A DNA stretch of 64,000 nucleotides from Eledone cirrhosa. Taxonomy: Eukaryota. This document shows, one piece after another, positions 1 to 14,820 of the stretch. The notes below the pieces were generated by a model, which made no database searches, had not been told where the DNA came from, and worked only from the letters and a program-made list of their open reading frames with translations. Location: the NCBI GenBank assembly GCA_964016885.1, contig OZ024740.1:63240001-63304000 (forward strand). The letters run 5' to 3'. A program made the position numbers and the translations under genes. Each line of letters opens with the position of its first letter. Within the stretch, counting starts at the first letter, position 1.

Positions 1-370
1 ACCAATGAAAACATTTTCCTTGGTCTGATATATGTATCGGCTTCTTTCTCTTTTTTCTCTGCCTTTCATTTTTACAAACATGTTATTTTTTTAGCCAAAG
101 GTCAGCACTGATCAAGCACACATGTGATTATGCTTGTTCCAGCCATGATATTATAGTCAATATAGGACTACATAATCCAATGTGTCCCCTCGTCAATTTT
201 TTATAACGGTTACGAGTGATTTGAAGGAGATTTACAAATCATCCAAACGACTCAATAAATCATAAGATTTGTTTACTTCTGGCTCTAGCCGCTGAAGTTA
301 TCATATATAATTCCTAATGTGGACAGGAACTGTCGTCAACTGCCATTTGGTGTAAAGATAACACACTTTG

Positions 371-432
371 CATTCTCCATTCTGTCCGCCGGGGCTGTGG
401 TACGGCCAGCACGTGGGACCCCATTTGCTCAA
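371..432 (+). mobile_element. Tiny 3'-end remnant of the CRE-clade retrotransposon
   Basis: ttctccattctgtccgccggggctgtgg matches the 3' end of the CRE element at ~45241-45290. Confidence 0.6.
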
Positions 433-1027
433 CATACAGAGAAATGGGGAGAGCGAGAGAGATGGGGGCGATGACAGTCGGAGTTCGGCTCTTCCACGTT
501 CGGGCCAGATCCTTATGGTTGTGTTTAAGGGGGTTGTGTATTACATACTACATTATTTAACGTGACCTATTTGATAACTTGAGATCTGCATTTTGTAGAT
601 GTGTTATATTTTATAAGTACCACAAATACTAGCGATGTCTACTGTTGGTCAATTGCTGGACTACTTTTGATCTACAGTAGCTCTGCTGTCTACACACACT
701 TAGCTGGAATTTAAGTGAAACAGAGTTCGATTCCCTGAAGTTGTTGCTTAATTTGTCCCTTCAGAGTATTTTACTCGATTTTCTAACGCTATAATCATTA
801 TTATTGTAGCGAATGTGTTTGACTATCAACATTGTGAAATATAAATTGCTCCTTTCTTCACACACGATTTATTGCCTTTCAACGAACCCTTAACATACCT
901 TGCCTTCCTGTGCCCACTTCCAATGTTCAAGAAGGTGGTAGTGCCCAATTTGGGAATCAGTGATTTAAACCAACAGAAATTAACTTCAAGAATTAGCACT
1001 ATTCAAAGAGCCAACATATATATATAG

Positions 1028-1220
1028 TAATAATTGTTTCTACTTTAGGCACAAGGCCACCAATTACCCAGTGCATTACTGCTACTTTATTTTATCGACC
1101 TCGTAAGGATGAAAGGCAAAGTAAACCTCGGCGGGATTTGAACTCAGACCGTAAAGGGACGTAACTATGCTGGAAAGCATGGCGTCCGACTCTCTACCGA
1201 TACTGCCAATCCACCACCGC
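1028..1220 (-). mobile_element. tRNA-derived SINE (Octopus-type)
   Basis: Reverse complement has an A-box-like TGGCAGTATCGG, a B-box GAGTTCAAATCC and the core CTTTGCCTTTCATCC..GGTCGATAAAATAAAGTA; near-identical to 41965-42153. Confidence 0.85.
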
Positions 1221-1320
1221 TATATATATAGTAATAATAATAAATTTGAAGACTAAAATCCAAAGAGGGCTCGATAAGGATAAATATATATCAAATATAT
1301 AAGAACCGTAGAGCAAATAT

Positions 1321-2663
<1,343 letters not shown>

Positions 2664-2934
2664 GGAATAGAATGAAACGAAATTGCATTTCTCACTCTTA
2701 GTACGGCACTTACTTAAATGTAAGTATGTATGTATACGTACATACATATATGTATACAGACGTACAGTAGTATGTATATATATACATACATGCACACATA
2801 TATATATGCACGTATCGGTTTACCGAACATTTATTATAATACTCGGTTTGTTTGTTTGTAAACAAACAGCCCGAATTATGCCTTACAGTGTTTAGGCAAT
2901 CACGTCACCTTTTTGTTCAACACTGACACAGGAA

Positions 2935-2975
2935 CGATGTACTAGTTTCAAGCTTATTAGCTATCGTCAGCATTG
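2935..2975 (-). ncRNA. Minimal type I hammerhead ribozyme (inverted copy, element B)
   Basis: Reverse complement: caatg CTGACGA TAGCT aata AGCTT GAAAC TA GTA catcg. Confidence 0.85.
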
Positions 2976-3425
2976 TATACCTTCCTGCCAGATGGTTGAA
3001 CGTCTGAAAGTATATACTTTCCTTATGCATATTACAAATAACAAAAAGTTGACGTGGTTGCCTAAACTGTACGGCGTAATTCGAGCTGTTTGTTTGTTTA
3101 CAAACAAACAAACCGAGCATTATAATAAATGTTCGGTAAACCGATACGTGCATATATATATGTGGGCATGTATGTATATAGATAAATACTACTGTACGTC
3201 TGTATACATATATGTATGTACGTATACATACATACATACATACATTTAAGTAAGTGCCGTACTAAGAGTGAGAAATGAAATTTCGTTTCATTCTATTCCA
3301 TTTATCGTTTTCGGTGTGCCCGGCCGACTGAACTCACTCGATATGCAAATTAGACTGCTCAGCCGTTAATATGCATTAGGAAAGTATATACTTTCAGACG
3401 TTCAACCATCTGGCAGGAAGGTATA

Positions 3426-3466
3426 CGATGCTGACGATAGCTAATAAGCTTGAAACTAGTACAACG
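3426..3466 (+). ncRNA. Minimal type I hammerhead ribozyme (element B)
   Basis: cgatg CTGACGA TAGCT aata AGCTT GAAAC TA GTA caacg; palindromic stem III ACTAGT; GUA cleavage site. Confidence 0.88.
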
Positions 3467-3687
3467 TTCCTGTGTCAGTGTTGATCAAAAAGATGACGTG
3501 GTTACCTAAACACTGTACGGCGTAATTCGGGCTGTTTGTTTGTTTACAAATAAATAAACCGAGCATTATAATAAATGTTCGGTAAACCGATACGTGCACA
3601 TATATATATGTGGGCATGTATGTATATATATACATACTACTATACGTCTGTATACATATATGTATGTACGTATACATACATACTTAC

Positions 3688-3731
<44 letters not shown>

Positions 3732-3733
3732 TC

Positions 3734-3775
<42 letters not shown>

Positions 3776-4303
3776 TTGTGTGTGTGTCTGTGTGTCTGTG
3801 TGTGTGTGTGTTGGCTTTCAAGAATCTAGACCAGTATTTCTCATTTTTTTTTTTCTTGAGGATGGTGAATTGTGTAAGTTTATGTTCTGAGTTTAAATCT
3901 TGCTGAGGCCAGCTTTGTTTTCTTTCCTACCGGGATCGATAAACTAAAGTAATGGGCCAGTTTAATGAATTTATCCCATATGTAGTGGGCTAACGCTACT
4001 TTGCGAACATGGTAGCGTTAGCTCATGACATATCAATCCACTCAAATAGCTATGTTAATATCTCATGACGTCAGACTGGTGCCGGTTACTATTGAAATAA
4101 TGTCACTGAAATACGTATAATCAAATAAATGCAATTATGTAACATCTGTCTTAACGTTTATTTCATACATGGAAACTCCGTTACTTTTGATCGCCATCTT
4201 TGTTAGATAGATACAACTGATGTGGAGTGCCCATTACCTACTTACACCTGTTTATCATCGGGACGTCACAACACTTACAGATAAACAACACAGTAATTAG
4301 CTA

Positions 4304-5340
<1,037 letters not shown>

Positions 5341-5452
5341 TCACACTAAGGCAAAGAATATTGTATGTGAAATGAAGTTGCATCTTATCTGCTGGCTCTA
5401 TTTATACACAAGTATATAACGTATGGACTATGGACAATGGACATGTTCACCT

Positions 5453-5536
<84 letters not shown>

Positions 5537-6589
5537 TCTCTCTCTCTATATATATGTTGTCAGACTTTGCAACACATCAACTGTAACACTACAGTAGTCA
5601 GTCTAGTGAGAAATTGTTATCAAGCGGAGTTAAAATACTTCTGAAAAGTCTGGCATGTAAGCGTAAATCTCGTAGGGCAGACAATTCAAGCTCGGTGGTT
5701 TTCCCCTTACGTATCCGCTTGTTATACATACATACGAACAATATCAGAGATTATAATATGGCCTTATAATTTAGTGCACAATTTTATACAAGTCATTAAG
5801 CATTGGAACTATAATTGTAAATATCATGCTAGATATTTTGAGATAAAAAATAATAATAATTTATCTTTATTAATCCTGTTTTGTTCTGTTATTTGTCTTC
5901 AAGCAAGAATATTTTACAGAATCGATAAAGCCTTTCTTTTTATGAATATAAATTAACTACAGATATTAATAAACAAAAAAAAGTAAAAAGTAAAAAGCAA
6001 ACAAACATAAAGTCAATTTTTTCCTATTCTTTTTAATTAAATCATTAATGAATCGGTTTTAAACTCACAGAATGCAAATACAAACTCTGATATAACTTTA
6101 AAAGAGCTCTGCATATTTAAGAAAAACGAACAAAGTTTAAACAGATTTTCTAATCTAGAATAAATTAGTTACTTGTCAGTCCACTTGATAGTTGTAGGTC
6201 GTCCATTAACAGCCGCTATAAAATATTGCTATATAATCTGAATGTGTCAATATATCTAAAAGCAATGCATAAAATATGAGCGTACTAGATCCAAACCAGG
6301 CTATTCTTTATATATAATTGTATCAAATTAAAAAACTCACATTAATCCCCTATAATTTAATTAGCTCAAGGAATAGATTCCGGGCACTTTATAAATCACC
6401 ATATAGAGAGAAGTACATATAGATTTGTGTTTAATCATAGGGGATCAAAAATGACCAGAGTGATGAACATATACTTTACGGAAGAAATGGTGAATACAAA
6501 TCAATAAAAAAAATATATTAAAGTGTACTAACCATCCGATTATAACAATTATTGTACTATTGCGCGCGTGTGTGAGTGTGTGTGTATAT

Positions 6590-6906
6590 TTAGCATAGAC
6601 GAGTTGAGAAAGAAACTCGGTATAAGAGAGATAAGTTGTGGTGTGCAGGAGAGAAGACTGAGATGGTATGGACATGTGACGCGTATGGAGGATGACCGCT
6701 GGGTAAAGAAGTGCCAAGAAATTCCAGTAGAAGGAAGACGCAGTAGAGGTAGACCACGAAAAACATGGGCGGAGGTGGTGAGAGCAGACCTGAGAGGAGA
6801 TGACGAAGGACCGTGACAAGTGGAGAGATGCTGTGCTGAAAAGGACGCGTCCTACCCTTGCAAGCAGAGAAAAGCGGACGTAAAATGATGATGATGATGA
6901 TGATGA
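6590..6906 (+). mobile_element. RTE-clade LINE 3' fragment with (GAT)n tail
   Basis: RRLRWYGHVTRM..GRRSRGRPRKTW. Confidence 0.85.
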
Positions 6907-6921
6907 TATATATATATATAT

Positions 6922-6985
<64 letters not shown>

Positions 6986-6989
<4 letters not shown>

Positions 6990-7150
6990 ACACCATGCTT
7001 TGCAGCATAGAGTTACTGCCCTTTATGATCTGAGTTCAAATCCCGCCGAGGTTAACTTTGCCTTTCATCCTTACGGGGTCGATAAAATAAAGTACCAGTA
7101 ATGCACTGGGATAATTGCTGGCCTTGTGCCAAAAGAAGAAACAATTATTT
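6986..7150 (+). mobile_element. tRNA-derived SINE, 5'-truncated
   Basis: Same family as 1028-1220. Confidence 0.8.
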
Positions 7151-7161
7151 ATTATTTATAT

Positions 7162-7340
7162 GAGGGTGGATAGGCAGTATCGGTGGAACGTCGGACAACA
7201 TGCTTTATGACATATAGTTACGTCCATTTACGTTTTGAGTTCAAATCCTGCCGTGTTTAGCTTTGCCTTTCATCGTTACGGGGTCGATAAAATAAAGTAC
7301 CAGTAATGCACCGGGATTGATTTAATTGATTTTGCCCTTC
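7162..7340 (+). mobile_element. tRNA-derived SINE
   Basis: Same family; B-box GAGTTCAAATCC. Confidence 0.8.
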
Positions 7341-7344
7341 TTCT

Positions 7345-7665
7345 CTCTTCTTCTCCCACTTATTCCTGGGAGGGTTGTGGAGGCAGAGACCTCAAACACT
7401 CCTTCCAGCGGATCCTGTCAGTAACAACCGTTTCCAACTGATCTGGTAGGATCTCCAAGCGAGACCAGCTAAGCTCATGGATGTTATCTAACCATCTTCC
7501 TTGGGATCTAACCTTAGGTCTCCTGCCTGTTGGTTTTGTCCGTAAAATCTCTCCAGCGATTCTTTCGTGTGATATTCTAACCACATGCCCATAGTATTGG
7601 AACTGAGATCTCTCAATTCGGAGAAGTAGCCATCGACTTTCCCTCCGCAATTGTTTGCCTTGCAC
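7345..7665 (-). mobile_element. RTE-clade LINE 3' fragment
   Basis: QFQYYGHVVRI..PTGRRPK..RWLDNI. Confidence 0.75.
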
Positions 7666-7690
7666 CTAAATCAGAAACCTTTATTTGTAT

Positions 7691-7872
7691 ATGATTGGCA
7701 GTATCGGTAGAGGACCGGATATCATGCTGTGCAGTATAGAGTTACGTTCCTTTACAGCCTGAATTCAAATCCTGCCGGGGTTAACTTTGCCTTTCATCCA
7801 TACGGGATCGATAAGATAGCAGTACCGTACTGGGATAATTGTTGGCCTTCTGCCAAAAGTAGAAACAATTAT
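7691..7872 (+). mobile_element. tRNA-derived SINE
   Basis: Same family as 1028-1220. Confidence 0.8.
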
Positions 7873-7892
7873 TTGTATGTATATATATATAT

Positions 7893-7969
<77 letters not shown>

Positions 7970-7974
7970 TGTCG

Positions 7975-8009
<35 letters not shown>

Positions 8010-8504
8010 ACATATGTATTCAATTTGTTAACTAATTTATTTATTTGTATAACATTATAACAATACTGTAATATAGTAGAAATCCAGCATGTATATTAGG
8101 GTGGCCCTTATTTTTCAACTTTCTAAAAGTTTAGCTCCCCCCACCACCACCACTATCTTGTTTCAATTAACAAAAAAACAATTTATGCGACCCTCCTCCA
8201 AGTTTTCGCTTGGAAAGTCATTTTTTCAGATAAAAAATGTTTATCTCATAATTTTCTCTCAAATTAAAAACTTGTTCAGACTTATTCTTGGTATTAGAAG
8301 GATAAGTGACAATAAGTAAAATGGGGAAGGCAACTTGCAAAGCTGGGGACAGAGCGCAAATATAGGGCAAACAACTATTTTTCACTGTGGGAACATCAAA
8401 ACTTTAACTTTCGGAAAATTACCTATTGCTACGGGCCAGCCACCCTAATATATATATATCCGTATGTGGTTGACAGCTGAGAGAAATGACAACTCGGTAT
8501 TGAG

Positions 8505-8583
<79 letters not shown>

Positions 8584-8586
<3 letters not shown>

Positions 8587-9081
8587 TTAGAGCTTAATGG
8601 TTACAGGGTTCTAATTCATATATATATTTCGGCTCTCTTGCAGGATGATCTATTAAGTTGTGCGTGTTGGACTGTTATTTCTGTTCAATACGCGCTTACC
8701 ACGTTTGACTGGCGGCGCACGAGGTGATAAATTCATCTTTCTGTGTGAACGTTGGCAAATAGTGTTTGTGACATTTAATTTCAATCTCTCGCTGATGAAG
8801 CCCAGGATTATCTGTTACAAACACACTCAGGGCGAAACAGATTAGGGATAATCTGTCCGAGAGATATAATGGTTATTGAGGCGGTTTGTATTATGATAAT
8901 ATATTTTTATTTTCATTTTGTCATCCTGTCTGTTTCTTGGTTAAATATTTCAAGCATATGTGGTTTTTCAACCCTTGTAATTTTAGACACACGGTTTACT
9001 GTGTTTCGTACTATATATTGTTAATCGGCTCAGTATTTATTTGTACTTTATACTTAGAGCTTAATGGTTACAGGGTTCTAA

Positions 9082-9093
<12 letters not shown>
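8584..9093 (+). mobile_element. Non-coding hammerhead mini-element C (467-nt monomer, terminal direct repeat) in (TA)n
   Basis: tacttagagcttaatggttacagggttctaattca at 8584 and 9051; CTGATGA AGCCC..GGGC GAAAC at 8792-8838. Confidence 0.75.
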
Positions 9094-9136
<43 letters not shown>

Positions 9137-9142
<6 letters not shown>

Positions 9143-9488
9143 AAAAAGAGATTAAATCGAAAATGCAACTGAAGTCTTATTTTTTTTTTAAATATATATA
9201 TTTATTTGGTTCCTTTACCGGTTTCGCAGTTCTTCTGCTTTTCAAAAGGTGAGTTGAGATGGAGGGTCTGTGGTTTTTCTCAGATGTGAGAAAAACCACA
9301 GACCCTCCATCTCAACTCACCTTTTGAAAAGCAGAAGAACTGCGAAACCGGTAAAGGAACCAAATAAATATATATATTTTTTTTAAAAATAAGACTTCAG
9401 TTGCATTTTCGATTTCATCTCTTTTTCTTTATACTTTCACTCGTGTAGGACACCTCGGTTATTTTTCATTTTGTAAAAAAAACCTCAC

Positions 9489-9495
<7 letters not shown>
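9137..9495 (+). mobile_element. Foldback mini-element D with ~145-bp arms in (TA)n
   Basis: 9137-9282 is nearly the exact reverse complement of 9287-9432. Confidence 0.85.
9320..9357 (+). ncRNA. Variant hammerhead ribozyme (UUGAAAA core)
   Basis: cctt TTGAAAA GCAG aagaa CTGC GAAAC CG GTA aagg; mirrored in the left arm. Confidence 0.75.
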
Positions 9496-9580
<85 letters not shown>

Positions 9581-9654
9581 TCTCCTTACTATCCTTGCTT
9601 TCATATTTCTCCTTGGTCCCCTTTTCTCATTGTATTTGTATATAAACAAGTACA

Positions 9655-10390
9655 TAGATACAAGGAGAAAGGGAGAGCAAAGGGGAAAGGAGAATACGGA
9701 GAAAAGAAGAGCAAGGATAAAAGGAGAACAAAGAGAGCAATGAGAAAAGGAGAGTTAGGAGAACAATAAGAAAAGGAGAGCAAGGAAAGCAATAAGAAAA
9801 GGAGAGCAAGGAAAGCAATAAGAAAAGGAGAGCAAGGATAAAAGGAGAGCAAGGAGAGAAAAGAGAGCAATGAGTAAAGGAGAGTAAGGAGAGTAAGGAG
9901 AGCAAGGCTCAAAGGAGAGCAAGGAGAGCAATGAGAAAAGGAGAGCAAGAAAAGCAAGGATAAAGGGAGACCAAGGAGAGCAATGAGAAAAGGAGAAAGG
10001 GAGAGTAAAAAGAGCAAGGATAAAAGGAGAACAAGTAGAGCAATGATAAAATGAGAGCAAGGAGAGCAAGGAGAGCAATGAGAAAATGAGAGCAAGGAGA
10101 GCAAGGAGAGCAATGAGAGCAAAGAGCGCAAGGAGAGTGTGGAAAGTAAGGATGAAAGGAGAGCAAGGAGAGCACTGAGAAAAGGAAAGCAATGAGAAGA
10201 AGGAGAAAAGGAGAGCAATTATAAAAGGAGAGTAAGGAGAGCAATGAGAGGAAGGATAAAAGGAGAGCAAGGAGAATAAGAGAGCAAAGAGAACAAGGAG
10301 AATAGGCGAGCAAGGAGAGCAGTGGGAAAAGGAGAGCAAGAAGAGTAAGGAGAGCAATGAGAAAAGGAGAGCAAAGAGAGCAAGGAGAGG
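9655..10390. repeat. Purine-rich degenerate minisatellite (GGAGAGCAA units)
   Basis: Direct reading; explains the Leu/Ser-rich minus-strand ORFs. Confidence 0.9.
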
Positions 10391-11528
10391 TTAGGGCAAA
10401 TATTGCTCAAGTGATGCCGGAAGCAGACAAAGGTGAAAAAATCAAAATTACTTTTCTTCCTTTAAAACATCGAGTTTTCGTCTTTTGTAACTCCTGGTAC
10501 AAAAACTTTCTTCACGAGATTTTCTATCAGCACCGATTTCCTCGACAAAGATGCTTCAGCATGGAAAGATGATCCTGGTTACAAAAGTGGACTTGAAAAA
10601 CTTGTGAGGACAGTTATTGTGAATGATGTTGCAGAAAGAGGTGTCATTCAGGATTACAATTACATTCTCACAAAAGATGAAACTGAGAAACAATTTGTTT
10701 TACAGATCGTTACCGAAAACCGTAAAACATACCTAACTGCCACTAAATCCTCTCTTATGCAAAAATAATGTTCAATATTCAGTGTTCAGTGTTCACATTA
10801 TGTTTTTGATTCTATAGAAATTATTGTTGTAAATAAAAATGAGTTTCTCTTATAGAAGTTGTGTGCTTTATTAAGAAAATCTAATATCTCTTAAGTTGTT
10901 CATGTTATTTCAGGAATTTCTCAAATTAACTATTGGTAAATTTGATTCAAAATGTTTTTAAACATTTGCTGAGGTTGCCTGGATGTATCCACATAAATTT
11001 CTCTAAGAAGAAAAAAGAAAATGGTCGAGATAGGGAACAGTATACTGCTTTTGAACAGAATTAATCGTTGTGTATACTATGTTCCAACTTCAAGGTATTT
11101 GAGGGTCGCTTAACAGTTGTTTGATTCAGCTGAAAGTTTGCACATCCCGTGTTTTTGTTGATTGGAACAGGATTTAGGGGTGGGAGCAGCAAAATTTAAA
11201 CTTTCGGAAAATTACCTATTGCTAAGGGCCACCCTAATGTATATACATGTGTGTATATTTAAACATTCGTTGTTTGTTTCGATATAGCTTCAGCTAACTT
11301 ACGAATATTTATCTAAATAACCTTCATTTAAATATATGTTCATCTTGGAACTACGGGTATACACACAGTATATTTTATTTAATGTAGTAAATAAATGTAG
11401 TTCAGTGTTAGAGTAAGTGTAACAATGTTGATTTAGAGGTTAGTTCTCACCGTAGGATTTTCTGTTTTTTTCACAACACTTCTAGTTTGCTATCTTCTAT
11501 ATATCCATATCTATCTGTCTCTATCTCC

Positions 11529-11576
<48 letters not shown>

Positions 11577-11593
11577 CTCTCTCTCTCCTTCTT

Positions 11594-11624
<31 letters not shown>

Positions 11625-11689
11625 TTCTTTCTCTCTCTCTCTCTCGCTTTCTCTCTCTCTCTCTCCTTCTTTCTCTCTCTCTCTCGCTT

Positions 11690-11738
<49 letters not shown>

Positions 11739-11940
11739 CTGTATGTATGTGTCTGTGTACAAAGAGAGGGAGAAGGAAAGAAAGAGAGAAAGAGAGAGAG
11801 AGAGAAAGATATATATATATATATATATATATTTTTTCATTTGTCTTTATGCGGGGTCGAAAGGAGTTAGGGCTAGAGGCATATGGGTGTGTATGTGTCT
11901 ATATATGCGTCTGTATGTATGTATGTATGTATGTATGTAT

Positions 11941-14790
11941 GTTCTTCTGGTTTTATAATTTCACAGATTTACCAATAGAGGGAGTGTCGGTTTGTAACAT
12001 AGACACAAGACTCTCTCATTGGAATTTACACAACATCAACTAGGTAGATATGTATGTATGCATGTATGTGTAGATATGGATGTTATTGAATGTGTGGATG
12101 TGCATGTTTTGAGTTGTATGTGTGCATGTGTATATGCTTTGCATCTGTACATGTGTATATGCAGTTATTTTTGGAATGTTTTACATATTTTTACTGTTCC
12201 ATTAATGGATTGTACTTGTAATTTCCTAACTAGTTGTTAGTTGTGTTCTTTCTGTTCCTGTGAAGCCTAGCTTTTCAAGATTTGTACTTAGGCAATTACT
12301 AACATACCCCATTGCCCCAATAATCACAGGCATAAATCTGAAGGTGTAATCAGGGTGGAGTATCTGCAGATTTCTCATCAGTTCTGCATAAATATTCTCC
12401 TTGTCACTAATCTTTGATATTATATTGGCATCTGCAGGGCAGCTAATTTCCACTACTGTGCATGTTTTCTTCTCCCTGTCCCACATCATATCTGGTCTGT
12501 TATGCCTGCATTTTATTGGGGTTTTTACTGGAACATTCCACAAGTACTCTTTCATATTATGTACATGGATGTCTTCCACATTGTTGTAGCTTTTAATGTG
12601 TTTATTATCGGGGCTATCTTTTTTACGAACTGCATCGTACAGTGTTTGGCCACTACATCATGCCTCATAGGTAGATAGTACCACGATGACATCTTTGGAC
12701 AGCTGTATGTGTTGTATGTGTGCATGTGTATATGATATCCTCGATGTTAGTTATGCAGAGTCTGCACTTGTTATCACATCTAGGTGTTTTGCCTGCATCC
12801 CTATCTCTTTTGTGAATCAGGTATTTCGTGTTAATCTCCTGTTCTTGGATTGCAAAAGCGTATCCTTCAAAGTGGGAGCCAATATAGCGGTTGTTGGTCC
12901 AAGATAGACTACTTTCCTTGTCTATATTACTCTCACTCTGGAGCTTCCTGGCAACATATCCATGCATGATTTTTTGCTGATAGGCATGCAGTTTTTCATC
13001 CATGGATTCACTGCGATACTGCTGAGCGACATCCCTGGGTGTGAGTTTTTGATTATCACACAGGGAATATCTCTCGAGGAGTTCCTTCCCAACTCTCATG
13101 ATCTTATCTGTTTCATGCAGATAGACTTGCTCTAAAAACGGGCTCCTACGCTTCGAGGTTCGTAGATATTGTCGGAGAGATATTATGCGACATTCAAATG
13201 TTGTCTGGACTGATGTTAGGCCTCTGCCTCCCTGCTTACGTTTCAAGTAAAGGCGGTCTATGTCACTGTTGATGTGGAAGTTTGCCCAGAGAGTTCCGAT
13301 GACCTGATCTTTCTTAATCGGGTGTAGTATTCCCTGGTGACGCGTTCTTTATTACAGATACTATTATAGGATATGTTCTCATCTATCCCCAGGTATCTGT
13401 AATAGTCCTCATCAGATATCGGTGAAACAGTTAGGCCATTGATGACAATGTTGCTAGATTAGGTTGTTGTTTTTCTCCGCTTTACAGTCATGTATGAGAA
13501 TTTATCTTGGCCAAACTACATTCCTAAATCCTTTGAGAACGTTGTAACCAGGTCAAGATTTTTCTTCATCCCATCCATGTTCTTGGCATAGAGTTTCAGA
13601 TCGTCCACAAATAAATTATCGCTTAGGTTCGTATTTCTGTTCTCCTGTGAGCTAATGATGTATCCCTCACATTTCTTGAGCAGAAAGGACAAAGGGTTTA
13701 ATGACAAGATGAATAATATCACAGAGAGACTGTCCCCCTGAAATATACCCCTGCAATATTTTATTTTATCAGTGAAAATAAAGTCCTCCCTCTCTGTCTT
13801 TAACCTTAGGATAGTAGCCCAAAAAGAAGACAGCCTCTCTATTGCTCTGACAATAATGTCTGGGACTTTAGCAAGTTGGAGGGCCTCTATCATCCAAGAG
13901 TGGGGAACAGAATCGAAAGCTTTCCTGTAGTCCAGCCAGACTGTAGTCATATGCCTCCTAAGTTGTAGCACCTGCGACATCGCAGTTTTGTTGATTAAGA
14001 GTTGTTCAGCACATCCCCAAACCCCTTTCTTTCTAGCTGCTTGTTCATCTGTGATGATGTTATTATTTTCACAGTGATCTTGGAGGAATAGGTTCAGGCA
14101 GGCTGTATACATCTTATACATCAGGTTCTGGCATGCAATGGGTCGGTAGTTTTTTGCCAGGTAGGTGTCTTTGTTTTTGGGTACCAGTAATGTTTGTGCT
14201 AATGTCAACCATTCTGGTATAAGTGAATCTCCCTTAAGAACTTGTTGGTAGAGGTCAGTAAAATACCTCCGATAAATATCAGTTTTTTGTACCAGTAGCC
14301 GACAATAATGTCTCTTCCTGGTGTTTTCTTATCTTGGAGTTTTCCTATCACAGTCTCAAGGGTACCCTCACTTATTTCGTATGTTTTTGTTGTAGTGTAG
14401 GACCAATAGTTCTTTCGGATTTCTCTTAGCCACACTGCATCTTGGTTGAAATTCTTCTTTTCACCCCATATTTTGCTCCAAAAGGAATCTATGTCTTTCT
14501 GGGATGGGGCCTCAGTGACACTTATTATTTTGCCATTCATATCTCTCTAGACTGATGTTTGGTTTCGTCTGAATCTTTTATTAAGCACTTTTCTCTCATC
14601 TACCTTCTTCAGGCATCGGCGTTTTTCGCTAACAGCTCTCAATTCTTGTTTGAGGGTGATCAGCTTATATTGGAGAGTTCTGGTTCTACTGTTACCAAAC
14701 ATCGTCTCTATTTTATTTTTCCCTCTTTTTTGGTGAGGAGTGAGGTTTTTTTGTGTTTGTTTGCATGTAAGGAACATTGTCACATATCCT
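11941..14790 (-). mobile_element. R4/Dong-like non-LTR retrotransposon family E, 5'-truncated, decayed
   Basis: NYRPIAC, LDYRKAFDSVPH, GIFQGDSLS, LFVDDLK, CRLC, RPD..VEISCP; (TATG)n on both flanks. Confidence 0.9.
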
Positions 14791-14820
14791 ATGTTTTTTT
14801 ATGTATGTATGTATGTATGT

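Larger units (their letters stand above)
2659..3690 (+). mobile_element. Non-coding hammerhead mini-element B (~445-nt monomer, partial tandem plus inverted copy) in (TA)n
   Basis: 3036-3302 and 3366-3690 are reverse complements of parts of 2659-3035; period ~445 nt; TA tracts on both flanks. Confidence 0.85.
8097..11236 (+). mobile_element. hAT-superfamily (hATm-like) DNA transposon, defective, with nested insertions
   Basis: TIR TAGGGTGGCCCTTA / TAAGGGCCACCCTA; perfect 8-bp TSD ATGTATAT (8089-8096, 11237-11244); transposase C-terminal remnant VIVNDVAERGV..LTKDETEKQFVLQIV near 10610-10770. Confidence 0.85.

Noticed and set aside
9601-10410. Leu/Ser-rich ORFs of up to 205 aa
   Set aside because: Antisense reading of a GA-rich minisatellite
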